DNA from: a virus
Lineage: Duplodnaviria > Heunggongvirae > Uroviricota > Caudoviricetes
Length of the DNA stretch: 37,948 nt
Reading direction: 5' to 3' (one strand)
Virus record (IMG/VR): IMGVR_UViG_2939162341_000002
The position numbers were made by a program, and so were the translations under genes. Below the pieces are notes generated by a model. The model was not told where the DNA came from, made no database searches, and saw only the letters and a list, made by a program, of their open reading frames with translations. Of the stretch, positions 1 to 9,709 are shown piece by piece (the stretch's first letter is position 1; each line of letters starts with the position of its first letter).

Positions 1-19
1 CTATTTGATAAATATTAAA

Positions 20-1315
20 TTAATTTTTCATTGCTTCGTTATGGGGCATGGTTGGGGCAAACTCGCTTAACTGTGTATTTAACAAAGCTACCTGTGCATT
101 ATTGTTTTCAGACATCCATTTTCCGTATACCTGAAATACCATTTGCGCATCTGCATGGCCCATCTGGTTTGCTATAAATGCCGGGTTAGCACCAGCTGTC
201 AGCGACCAGCAGGCATAAGTATGTCTCGACTGATATGATTTTCGATGGCGGAGTCCGGCACGTTTTATCGCTGCGTCCCACATCTGCCTTATTGAGTCAA
301 CGGTAAAATGGTCACCATAATTTTTTACTCTCGCTGACACTTCAGGTTGAAAAACAAAGGTGCATTTTTGTTTTTCTGTTCTGCCATACTCTCTGAGGTG
401 AACATCAATGATATGCTCTTTGCTCAGTCTCGTTAATGTCATCTGACTCCGGAGAGCGTCGATTGCTGGCTTAATAAGATGAATGACCCGATTGGTTCCC
501 GCCTGTGTTTTTGGTACCGTGAAACGGTCTTTTGCTAAATTTCTCCTGATCATCATTGTTCCATTTTTCAGATCTATGTCCTCCCATCCAAGTGCACACA
601 GCTCACCAGGGCGAACGCCAGTATAAACAGAAACACACCATAAATTTTTTGCTTGCTGATTTCTGCATGCATCGATAAGACGGATAAATTCCTCCCGCGA
701 AAGAGGATCCGGAATGGTTCTTGATTCCTTTAATGGCGAGATCCCCTTAAACGGATTATCTGCCAGGTAACCGTTATCAACACCAAACTGGAACACGGCG
801 TTAAGATTTGTCATGTAATTATTTACAGTTACAGCCGATCTCCCTGGTTGTGTAACAATATAGTTACTTTTGGGGATCTGGTATCCAGTCAGTAGCTCTT
901 TACGAACCTCCAGTAATTTTTCTTTATTAATCGATGAGGCAAGATTTTTTTCACCGATTATGCTCAGGATATTTTTGATGACGGCACGGTATGTGTTGAG
1001 TGATGTTTTGGAGACTTCAGTTTCTTTCAGTGCCAGAAATTTTTCAGCCAGTTCTTTTATGGTTAAATCTTGTCGGGCCTCACCAAATTTTTCCAGATTG
1101 CGTGAGGAGGGAAACTGTTTTGCATAGTCGAAAACACCAGTTTTTATTGCGTAACAAACAGAGGAGCGTAGTTCACCTGCAACGCGCCTGTTTTTTGCTG
1201 TGTCAGGAACCCCCAGATTTTCCCTGACTCTTACGCCTTTATAAACAAACCAGATACGTAATTTCCCTCCATGGTTTTCCACGCCTGTCGGATATTTCAT
1301 TTCAACTTCTCTCAT
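20..1315 (-). CDS. int: Phage integrase, tyrosine recombinase (lambda Int family)
   Basis: 431-aa ORF; C-terminal catalytic region with R...H..R..Y pattern (RHTYACWSLTAGANPAFIANQMGHADAQMVFQVYGKW); sits at prophage edge reading outward, next to an excisionase-like gene. Native start may be the internal MKYPTG. Confidence 0.9.
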   Translation of the reverse strand: MREVEMKYPTGVENHGGKLRIWFVYKGVRVRENLGVPDTAKNRRVAGELRSSVCYAIKTGVFDYAKQFPSSRNLEKFGEARQDLTIKELAEKFLALKETEVSKTSLNTYRAVIKNILSIIGEKNLASSINKEKLLEVRKELLTGYQIPKSNYIVTQPGRSAVTVNNYMTNLNAVFQFGVDNGYLADNPFKGISPLKESRTIPDPLSREEFIRLIDACRNQQAKNLWCVSVYTGVRPGELCALGWEDIDLKNGTMMIRRNLAKDRFTVPKTQAGTNRVIHLIKPAIDALRSQMTLTRLSKEHIIDVHLREYGRTEKQKCTFVFQPEVSARVKNYGDHFTVDSIRQMWDAAIKRAGLRHRKSYQSRHTYACWSLTAGANPAFIANQMGHADAQMVFQVYGKWMSENNNAQVALLNTQLSEFAPTMPHNEAMKN

Positions 1316-1334
1316 TAGTTAGTGTGGCTTTTAG

Positions 1335-1586
1335 TCAAGTAAGATGACGTCTTGGTCTCGCTGATGCCTGGCGCTCAATCCAGCGATCAATTTCTTCCAG
1401 GTTGTAAAAGCATGGACTGTTATCCCATGGCATACCGTCATGAGCGACATGCTTATATTCCCTTCCTTCCATAAACGATTTTTCCCGGGCCTTTTTTAAC
1501 GTACCTTTTTTTATTCCTTTCAGCGCAATTAACTGCTCTTCGGATACCCATTTGCCGGGAGAGACAATCATGATTACTTCGCTCAT
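1335..1586 (-). CDS. xis: Excisionase-like DNA-binding protein (Xis)
   Basis: 83-aa ORF immediately upstream of int on the same strand; shares the GREY segment with lambda Xis as I recall it; small basic protein in the canonical int-xis arrangement. Confidence 0.7.
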   Translation of the reverse strand: MSEVIMIVSPGKWVSEEQLIALKGIKKGTLKKAREKSFMEGREYKHVAHDGMPWDNSPCFYNLEEIDRWIERQASARPRRHLT

Positions 1587-1658
1587 CGATTTCTTTATCT
1601 CTTACATCAGACGAGCGCCGGTTGCAGAATACCAGTCACAACCGGCGACAGTTGAACA

Positions 1659-3587
1659 TTAAGAATCAGCCTGACTCGGGATCAGTTTTTGCCAGATAAC
1701 TGAAACGTATTTTGCCTGGTAACGGGCGTCATCAAGTGCATTATGGCGCTCACCTTCGAATGGAATAGCCGTTCTGGCATCGAAGTCTATGGCTTTCCCC
1801 AGCTCAACGATTGTGCGTACATCGCGATCGTTGTAGTAACGCCACGGGCAGGGGATCCCCTGCCGTTCGTATGAACGGCGCAAAATCGTGTTGTCGAAGT
1901 TGGCTCCATTTCCCCAAACCTGAACAAAAAATTCACCGGAGTTTTCGTCGATAAATTCCCGCAATTGTAACAGTGCATCATCTAACGGGATTTCATCGGT
2001 CATAATGGCAGATTGCGATTCGCGTGATTGCTTAAGCCACCATTTAATGGTGTCCCGATCAATGACTCCGCCAGCAGTTTCCAGATCGATAGTCTTACTA
2101 AATTCCGGTCCCATATCTCCGGTTTGCGGATCGAAAAATATTGCACCTATTGAGATGATCGGGGCATCAGGATTTTTTCCCATGGTTTCAAGGTCGATCA
2201 TTAGATGGTCACACGTCCTGCTGGTGGATGTGATTTCGTGATGACCGTTCACCTTAATTGGGTGATCTGCCGTCTCGCCAGTTTCATTATCGCTATTGTG
2301 ATGCTGATTGCCGCCAGTGTTCTCCTTGTGTGGATGTTCAGCGCCTTCCATTTCCTCCGGATCATCTTCCTGAACTTCAACCTGATACTCTTCATCGAAT
2401 GTTTCTTGGTATGTTGCGTCGCCCATCACCGCGCCACAATCAGGGCAGTTGCCGCCGCCGGTCTGACCGCAGGCGGTGCAGGCTTTTTCCACTTCCTGGT
2501 GCGCCACTGGTTCAGGCTGTTTCGTTTCTGGCTCGTTTTGTAACGCATTTGGACTGTTTTGTTCCGCTTTTTGGTAGTTCCGTTCCGATTCATGCTGGTT
2601 CTGGTTCACAGAATCGCGGGTCTGGATCCCCTTAACCCATTTCGGATCATTCGGGTCACTAATCCCTTCAACAAATTCACCACGTGATGCAGCAAGCAAC
2701 TTATCGGCGTCAGGCTGGCTGATATTGGCTGCCTGCATAATTTTGTTTACTTCGTCAGCGGTAACTTTTATCGGCTCTGGTTGTTCTGAATCTTCAGCGG
2801 TATCTACATTTTGCGGTAAGCCCGTGTATGTGCCATTTTTTCGGGCAAAATATTCTTCTTTTGTGATTTCAGTGGCGCCAGCAGCCAGTGCCTTATCCAG
2901 ACCAGAAAGTTTGTTTGCGCGACCGTATTTTTCTCCGTCCTTATCTGCGAAGAGGAAATAGAACGGCCCCTCACGCTCTACAGATGGTTCAGCTTCCGGC
3001 GCGGTTTCATTTTTTGGGATATCAGATACCTCAGTTTCCACTGCATCAGTTTGTGTTTCTGATGACTGGAGAACATCAACAGTGCCCAGGTCTGTTTCTT
3101 CATTCTCAAACACGCCCTTTGTCGTCAGGTATTCGCAGATATATTTGTTCAGTGCTACGGGATCTTTGTGAATGTCGATCGGACGCTCACGGACAAGGCC
3201 AAAAATAGTTTGGCGGTCGTAGCGAAGGGCATCAGGCTGTTTGCGCATTGATGCCGAGATACGCTTCCAGTCTTCGCGGTCGTTGTCGATAACTTCTTTT
3301 TTTGCCCAGCGATGGATGCTGCCGTCAATGTTTCCGGCATCCACATCACCAGGCCAGAGAGCGTAGGCCAGTTCGTCATCCAGTGTTTTCCATGTCTGCT
3401 TGTATTCGCGATGAATGGCAGCAATGACCGGGCTGATTTTTCCTGTTGAATTTTCAGTGTACTGTTGATTGGCTCTGGCGCGGGCGAGATCAACAACAGA
3501 CGTGTATTTTCCGGTTTCCTTGCGTTCACCTTCGCGACGTTTTTTCCAGATGCGCATCTCTGCCTGAATTTCGGGTGATGCTGCCAA
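1659..3587 (-). CDS. Prophage exonuclease with C-terminal DnaQ-like 3'-5' exonuclease (DEDDh) domain; 5' end runs into IS1, so likely truncated or promoter-less
   Basis: C-terminal region has DEDDh-type motifs (MIDLETMG, NGANFDNTILRR, HNALDDARYQAKY); central CxxC...CxxC zinc-ribbon (CTACGQTGGGNCPDCGAV). The ORF-finder start (TTG) lies inside the IS1 terminal repeat, so the native 5' end is lost or displaced. Confidence 0.75.
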   Translation of the reverse strand: MAASPEIQAEMRIWKKRREGERKETGKYTSVVDLARARANQQYTENSTGKISPVIAAIHREYKQTWKTLDDELAYALWPGDVDAGNIDGSIHRWAKKEVIDNDREDWKRISASMRKQPDALRYDRQTIFGLVRERPIDIHKDPVALNKYICEYLTTKGVFENEETDLGTVDVLQSSETQTDAVETEVSDIPKNETAPEAEPSVEREGPFYFLFADKDGEKYGRANKLSGLDKALAAGATEITKEEYFARKNGTYTGLPQNVDTAEDSEQPEPIKVTADEVNKIMQAANISQPDADKLLAASRGEFVEGISDPNDPKWVKGIQTRDSVNQNQHESERNYQKAEQNSPNALQNEPETKQPEPVAHQEVEKACTACGQTGGGNCPDCGAVMGDATYQETFDEEYQVEVQEDDPEEMEGAEHPHKENTGGNQHHNSDNETGETADHPIKVNGHHEITSTSRTCDHLMIDLETMGKNPDAPIISIGAIFFDPQTGDMGPEFSKTIDLETAGGVIDRDTIKWWLKQSRESQSAIMTDEIPLDDALLQLREFIDENSGEFFVQVWGNGANFDNTILRRSYERQGIPCPWRYYNDRDVRTIVELGKAIDFDARTAIPFEGERHNALDDARYQAKYVSVIWQKLIPSQADS

Positions 3588-3628
3588 CTTACTGATTTAG
3601 TGTATGATGGTGTTTTTGAGGTGCTCCA

Positions 3629-3904
3629 GTGGCTTCTGTTTCTATCAGCTGTCCCTCCTGTTCAGCTACTGACGGGGTGGTGCGTAACGGCAAAAGCACC
3701 GCCGGACATCAGCGCTATCTCTGCTCTCACTGCCGTAAAACATGGCAACTGCAGTTCACTTACACCGCTTCTCAACCCGGTACGCACCAGAAAATCATTG
3801 ATATGGCCATGAATGGCGTTGGATGCCGGGCAACTGCCCGCATTATGGGCGTTGGCCTCAACACGATTTTACGTCACTTAAAAAACTCAGGCCGCAGTCG
3901 GTAA
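3629..3904 (+). CDS. insA: IS1 InsA
   Basis: 91-aa ORF with Cys-rich N-terminus ([28 protein letters not shown]), recognised as IS1 InsA from memory. Confidence 0.93.
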
Positions 3905-4326
3905 CCTCGCGCATACAACCGGGCAGCGATGTGATTGTCTGCGCTGAAATGGACGAACAGTGGGGCTACGTAGGTGCTAAATCACGTCAGCGCTGGCTGT
4001 TTTACGCGTATGACAGGATACGGAGGACGGTTGTGGCGCACGTCTTCGGTGAACGCACTCTGGCCACACTGGAGCGTCTTATGAGCCTGCTGTCGGCCTT
4101 TGACGTGGTGATATGGATGACGGATGGCTGGCCGCTGTATGAATCCCGCCTGAAGGGAAAGCTGCACGTAATCAGCAAGCGTTACACTCAGCGCATTGAG
4201 CGACATAATCTGAATCTGAGACAACATCTGGCAAGGCTGGGACGGAAGTCACTGTCGTTCTCAAAATCGGTGGAGCTGCATGACAAAGTCATCGGGCATT
4301 ATCTGAACATAAAACACTATCAGTAA
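3823..4326 (+). CDS. insB: IS1 InsB (transposase, made as InsAB' by -1 frameshift)
   Basis: 167-aa ORF overlapping the insA 3' end in the -1 frame, characteristic of IS1. Confidence 0.93.
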
Positions 4327-4387
4327 GTTGGAGTCATTACCGAATCGCAACGTAGTTATTATCATATAACAGCTTGTTTCCTGATTT

Positions 4388-4417
4388 AGCCAGCCTCCCC
4401 AAAGGCTGGTTTTTTTC
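4388..4417 (+). terminator. Rho-independent terminator (hairpin plus T7 run)
   Basis: AGCCAGCCT-CCCCAAA-AGGCTGG followed by TTTTTTT, directly right of IS1. Confidence 0.6.
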
Positions 4418-4444
4418 TAATAAGTATCATTTCGGGTGGGGATT

Positions 4445-4969
4445 TTATTGTTTAACCCATAATAGTTCATTGACATTGAATCCCAACTTTTGAGCGGTAC
4501 GCACATAGTCTGCTTTTACATTATCTGGAATAGTTTGGGTCCTTGCCAGAATCCATAGGTATTCTCTGTTCGGACCACTGACAAGAGCATACTTATACTC
4601 ATCATCCAGCTTGATTACATTATAGCCACCATAGAAGGGGCCAAAAAACGAAACTTTCAACGCTGCAGTTTTAGTATCTCCAGTAAAGTATGCTTTACCT
4701 TCGCTCTCGCTCCATTTGTTTTTCGTTGGATCGTATCCACGGTTAAGTACGCGAATCCCTCCGTCGTTCCGTTTTTCATAAGTAGCGCTGACCTGTTCCA
4801 GACCACGTTCGAACCAGTTCTCGAGGCGAGCTATTTCATACCATTTTCCGAGGTAGCGGTTGGCGTCAAAATTTGTAATCGGCTGCACACCTTTAGGTGG
4901 TGTCGGGGCCTTACATGCTATAAGAGTGAAAGAGAGTGCAATGCCAGTCAACACAGGCCATAACTTCAT
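4445..4969 (-). CDS. Outer-membrane lipoprotein of the bacterial lipocalin family (Blc-like paralog)
   Basis: 174 aa; lipoprotein signal peptide with lipobox (LIAC); lipocalin motifs shared with E. coli Blc as recalled (FDANRYLGKWYEIAR, GKAYFTG, ALKVSFFGPFYGGYNVI). Confidence 0.85.
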   Translation of the reverse strand: MKLWPVLTGIALSFTLIACKAPTPPKGVQPITNFDANRYLGKWYEIARLENWFERGLEQVSATYEKRNDGGIRVLNRGYDPTKNKWSESEGKAYFTGDTKTAALKVSFFGPFYGGYNVIKLDDEYKYALVSGPNREYLWILARTQTIPDNVKADYVRTAQKLGFNVNELLWVKQ

Positions 4970-5161
4970 AATAAATCCTGTACTTTTGATAGTTGAGAGT
5001 AAGTATGAAAGATAGATGAGTACGACCGATCACTTAAAGAACTTTCCTACTATATTAGGAATAGTCAATAACAGAAAAATTGTCAGTGATGAAGCCAGAA
5101 AGGCAATTTAGTCCGTGCACTACAAAGTTTATGTGTTAATGAATTAGTCAAGGGGGAGGAA

Positions 5162-6121
5162 ATGATAAAAAAACCTGTGATTGGGATCAGCGGTTGTTTG
5201 GGCGGTTCTGCTGTTCGTTTTGATGGTGGTCACAAAAGAGATGACTTTTTAATGGACAAATTAGTGGAATGGGTAACATTCAGACCAGTATGTCCGGAAA
5301 TGGCTATAGGGCTGCCAGTTCCGCGTCCTGCTCTACGACTTGTGCGCTCGAAGCAAGGAAATATACGGATGTGTTTCAGCCACGACCAGAATGAGGATGT
5401 GACAGAGAGAATGACAGAGTTTAGTCGTTCTTATATGGACAAATTAAAGGATGTATCGGGGTTTGTGGTTTGTGCTAAATCTCCCAGCTGTGGCATGGAG
5501 CGCGTGCGTGTCTATGGTGAAAATGGTAATCGAGGTCGTAAAGATGGAGTGGGACTATTTACGAGCACTTTGATGGAAAAGTTTTCCTGGCTACCGGTTG
5601 AAGAGGATGGGCGATTACATGATCCAGTGCTTCGTGAGAATTTTATTGAAAGAGTTTTTGCTTTGCATGAGCTCAATCACCTTTACAAGGAGAAATTATC
5701 AAGAAGAGAGTTATTAGCTTTTCATAGTCGTTATAAGCTTCAGTTGTTGGCGCATAGCCAGGCAGGCTATAAAGATATGGGACCATTTGTGGCTGCAATA
5801 CACGAGTGGGCGGACCTTGAATCATACTTTGAGGTGTATCGTGATAATCTGATGGCGATTCTCAGAAAACCAGCATCACGTAAAAATCACACGAATGTGC
5901 TGATGCATATACAGGGGTATTTTAGTAATTACTTAAGTACACGCCAGCGTAAAGAGTTGAGCGAGGTTATACTTAACTATCGCTTTGGCACATTGCCTCT
6001 TCTTGCGCCGTTGACTCTGCTGAAGCATTATCTGGGTGAGTATCCTAATGATTACTTGCTTACACAGAATTACTTCGATCCCTATCCGGAAGAACTGGCT
6101 CTAAGACTGATGGTGAATTAA
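5162..6121 (+). CDS. DUF523 (TudS-like thiouracil desulfidase fold) fused to DUF1722 (YbgA-like) protein
   Basis: N-terminal Cys motifs typical of DUF523 (GISGCLGG, VCPEMAIGLPVPRP, KSPSCG); C-terminal half resembles YbgA (NHTNVLMHIQGYF, LPLLAPLTLLKHYL); strong RBS AGGGGGAGGA 2 nt upstream of the ATG. Confidence 0.7.
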   Translation: MIKKPVIGISGCLGGSAVRFDGGHKRDDFLMDKLVEWVTFRPVCPEMAIGLPVPRPALRLVRSKQGNIRMCFSHDQNEDVTERMTEFSRSYMDKLKDVSGFVVCAKSPSCGMERVRVYGENGNRGRKDGVGLFTSTLMEKFSWLPVEEDGRLHDPVLRENFIERVFALHELNHLYKEKLSRRELLAFHSRYKLQLLAHSQAGYKDMGPFVAAIHEWADLESYFEVYRDNLMAILRKPASRKNHTNVLMHIQGYFSNYLSTRQRKELSEVILNYRFGTLPLLAPLTLLKHYLGEYPNDYLLTQNYFDPYPEELALRLMVN

Positions 6122-6527
6122 CTGTATGCGATATCATCTGAAAGTGATGAGTTCCTGTATGCAGGATATTTACAATCGTAAAAACTACGCTATGATGCTC
6201 ATAGTGTCAGTTTTTATAAAAATCCTGTTCACGCTAAAGAAAACATTGAGATGCAATTTAATGTTGGTAAACATACCAGCCCCAAACGATTTTATTCAAT
6301 CTGTTTTTATATGAAGATATTTCAAGTGAATATTAAGAGCATATAATATTATTATTGCACGCAGCTATTATAATATAACAGATTAGTTTAATGATTTGTT
6401 TTTTGTGAGTTAAACACATGGTTTTATAGTTGTGATGCAATGAGATTTTCCTTATTGTTGAACTGGCGAATATTGATTTTCCACCTATACTTACCTGGTG
6501 TAACCCCAATGATATCAGGTGGATAAT

Positions 6528-7241
6528 ATGCCATACATATGTTCTATCATTTTGGTGTTGAACTCGTTTGGTGTCCGAATTGGTAAAGAAGATATTTTGT
6601 TTAAAAAAGGAAATGCTGTCCTCATTGAATACAATTTAAAAGATCTTTTTTCGTCAAATACAGATCATCTAATGATCGTAGATGTTGAGGAGAAAACAGT
6701 TAATGATTTCTTTAAAAACTACACACTCTCACCTTTTTCTGTAAGAAGGTTTTATCCGTCATACTTGATAGTAGAATGTGAAGATTTTTCATTGTTAAAG
6801 AACTTGGTTGCATGCTTGAATTGTGATAGCAAAACCGTGGATGTAGTTAGAAATCAAATATCACTTGCATGTCTTGCTGTCTTATCTTCAGAGAAAATAG
6901 TGCAAAGTTTTTTGTTCGGAAGTCTTAATAACTTAGGTTGTAAAGTTAAGGCTATTATTCACTCGGATATCTCAGCGTCATGGAGACTTTGTGATATATC
7001 TTCAAGATTATATATGAGCGAGAGTTTGTTAAAAAGAAAATTAAAAGACGAAGGATTATCGTTTAGTAAATTAATTCTTGAAGAACGAATGATGATGGCG
7101 CAAAGATTATTGATCTACAGTAACCATACTGTCGGCAAGGTGGCGGGAATATGCGGGTATGACAATGCATCATATTTTGTAAGTGTTTTTAGAAGATATT
7201 TTGGTGTGCCTCCGCACCAATATTTATCAAGATTTTCTTAG
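6528..7241 (+). CDS. AraC/XylS-family transcriptional regulator (AppY/PatE-like), AT-rich
   Basis: C-terminal AraC-type HTH region (MAQRLLIYSNHTVGKVAGICGYDNASYFVSVFRRYFGVPPHQY); N-terminus resembles AppY-type prophage regulators; visibly AT-rich. ORF-finder start is GTG at 6519; ATG at 6528 has RBS AGGTGG. Confidence 0.8.
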   Translation: MPYICSIILVLNSFGVRIGKEDILFKKGNAVLIEYNLKDLFSSNTDHLMIVDVEEKTVNDFFKNYTLSPFSVRRFYPSYLIVECEDFSLLKNLVACLNCDSKTVDVVRNQISLACLAVLSSEKIVQSFLFGSLNNLGCKVKAIIHSDISASWRLCDISSRLYMSESLLKRKLKDEGLSFSKLILEERMMMAQRLLIYSNHTVGKVAGICGYDNASYFVSVFRRYFGVPPHQYLSRFS

Positions 7242-7310
7242 AAGATATGATGTGATGGTATTTTATAAAGTTATTTTTTGAAGTGTAAGATTATACGATA
7301 TTTTTAGCTA

Positions 7311-7340
7311 CGCCAGAATAATTGCTGGCGTTTTTCTTTT
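7311..7340 (+). terminator. Rho-independent terminator upstream of holin (tR'-like position)
   Basis: CGCCAG-AATAATTG-CTGGCG hairpin followed by TTTTTCTTTTT, about 90 bp upstream of the holin ATG. Confidence 0.55.
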
Positions 7341-7431
7341 TGAATAGATGTTCGGGCCTTACGCTAATGTAACTTCTTTCCTTCTTCGAACCAAACCGTG
7401 TACACCATCCGTTATCTGCGGAGGTGAGGCT

Positions 7432-7647
7432 ATGAAATCCATGGATAAGTTAACAACGGGCATCGCCTACAGCACCTCTGCAGGCAGTGCTGGCTACTGG
7501 TTTTTACAGTTGCTCGATAAAGTCACACCCTCACAGTGGGCGGCAATAGGTGTATTGGGTAGTCTGGTATTTGGCATGCTGACGTATCTGACAAACCTTT
7601 ATTTCAAGATTAAAGAAGACAGGCGTAAGGCTGCGAGAGGAGAGTAA
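7432..7647 (+). CDS. Class II holin (phage 21 / Stx-phage S type) with dual-start motif
   Basis: 71 aa from ATG at 7432 with RBS GGAGGTGAGG upstream; begins MKSMDK (Met1-Lys-Ser-Met4); two hydrophobic segments and a charged C-terminus ([13 protein letters not shown]). The ORF extends upstream to 7348 but that part lacks an RBS. Confidence 0.85.
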   Translation: MKSMDKLTTGIAYSTSAGSAGYWFLQLLDKVTPSQWAAIGVLGSLVFGMLTYLTNLYFKIKEDRRKAARGE

Positions 7648-7651
7648 GACA

Positions 7652-7870
7652 ATGACTAAAAACTATGAACTGATTGTGAAAGGGACCCGCAATTTTGAGA
7701 ATAAAGTTACGGTAATCTTAACGTTACAGGACAAAGAACGTTTTGCCGGTGAAATTTTTGATCTGAACATCAACCTTGAGCGACTTGAAGGAGCTGGTTT
7801 GGATTATTATGAAGTTACTGCGGTAAAACATGCCAAACAGTTCTTGAGAGATTTGGCTGAAAAAATATAA
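7652..7870 (+). CDS. Hypothetical protein (72 aa) translationally coupled to holin
   Basis: ATG 4 nt after the holin stop; RBS AGAGGAGAG lies inside the holin 3' end; AT-rich; no recognisable domain. Confidence 0.5.
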   Translation: MTKNYELIVKGTRNFENKVTVILTLQDKERFAGEIFDLNINLERLEGAGLDYYEVTAVKHAKQFLRDLAEKI

Positions 7871-7888
7871 AGCGGCATTACTGCCGCT
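7871..7888. terminator. Bidirectional hairpin between convergent genes
   Basis: AGCGGCA-TTAC-TGCCGCT perfect 7-bp stem, A-rich on the left and T-containing on the right, between the stops of the convergent 72-aa and 98-aa genes. Confidence 0.55.
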
Positions 7889-7894
7889 TAGAAA

Positions 7895-8191
7895 TTATTC
7901 AATGTCTGGTAGCTTATCAAAGATTTCGGATACTCTTATATTTGTCATATAAGCAAATTGAGATTCTGCCAGCTCTTTGGGTGATTTTCCCGCTTTTTCT
8001 GAGCCAAAAATTGTTTCTAAAGCCAGCATGTTATATTTGAGAACCTCTTCTCGAGTTTTACCTGATAATTTTGCGGTAACAGCAATATAAAAAGGCAACA
8101 CTTTATCCAGAAGGTCGTTGTGTTTTGTCAGTTGTGGTAATACCACATCAAGTTGCTTACTGATTGGTTTGAATGGATCTATACCGTTCAT
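7895..8191 (-). CDS. Hypothetical protein (98 aa), transcribed opposite to the late operon
   Basis: Clean ATG start with upstream AAGGGA; 128-bp divergent intergenic region shared with the endolysin gene; no recognisable domain; predicted soluble. Confidence 0.5.
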   Translation of the reverse strand: MNGIDPFKPISKQLDVVLPQLTKHNDLLDKVLPFYIAVTAKLSGKTREEVLKYNMLALETIFGSEKAGKSPKELAESQFAYMTNIRVSEIFDKLPDIE

Positions 8192-8318
8192 AGTTACATT
8201 CCCTTATCAGAGGTAATCAGCCATCCCCCCTTTATTACACACGCCAGTATCCACCACTGACGGGCTGAGTGCTTAACATATCTAGAGATTAGAAACTGAT
8301 AAATCCTGATAAATATCC

Positions 8319-9346
<1,028 letters not shown>

Positions 9347-9709
9347 ATTAATATTAAATCGGATTATTTTTAGCGCTGAATGTGAAATTTAAATAAAAAG
9401 GACTCTTCCATGAGTCAAAATCCTTGAAATCTTAAGGGTAAGATAAAAGGTCATTAGACAGAATGACACGTTTTATTAATAAATAAAGCTATTGTTTCAT
9501 TCGTGTGTTTTTCTTTACAAAAGTAATCCTTGCTATGGTTGGTTAATCATGCGTTAATGGTGTTCTGGTTTGTTACAAAATTATCTGAAGCAGTCATTGT
9601 TATAATTTTATTATTTGTACCTCTTGAGATTTCCTTGTTGGTTTTTCTCTCTGATATTTTTTTTCGGACCATTCTGCCCAAGGGCTAACTTCTTCAAAAG
9701 GTAATAATG

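Larger units (their letters stand above)
3574..4341 (+). mobile_element. IS1 insertion sequence (768 bp)
   Basis: Terminal inverted repeats GGTGATGCTGCCAACTTACTGAT (left) and its near-complement ...CAGTAAGTTGGAGTCATTACC (right); insA and insB ORFs inside; length exactly 768 bp. Flanking 9 bp differ (tgaatttcg vs gaatcgcaa), so no target-site duplication. Confidence 0.95.

Noticed and set aside
3982-4227. 81-aa minus-strand ORF inside IS1
   Set aside because: Antisense to insB; IS1 has no validated antisense gene.
6126-6314. 62-aa ORF downstream of the DUF523-DUF1722 gene
   Set aside because: AT-rich, no RBS, low-complexity hydrophobic translation; more likely part of the promoter/leader region of the AraC gene.
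7348-7431. Upstream extension of the holin ORF ([28 protein letters not shown])
   Set aside because: The extension has no RBS and overlaps the tR'-like terminator, whereas the ATG at 7432 has a strong RBS and gives the canonical holin N-terminus.
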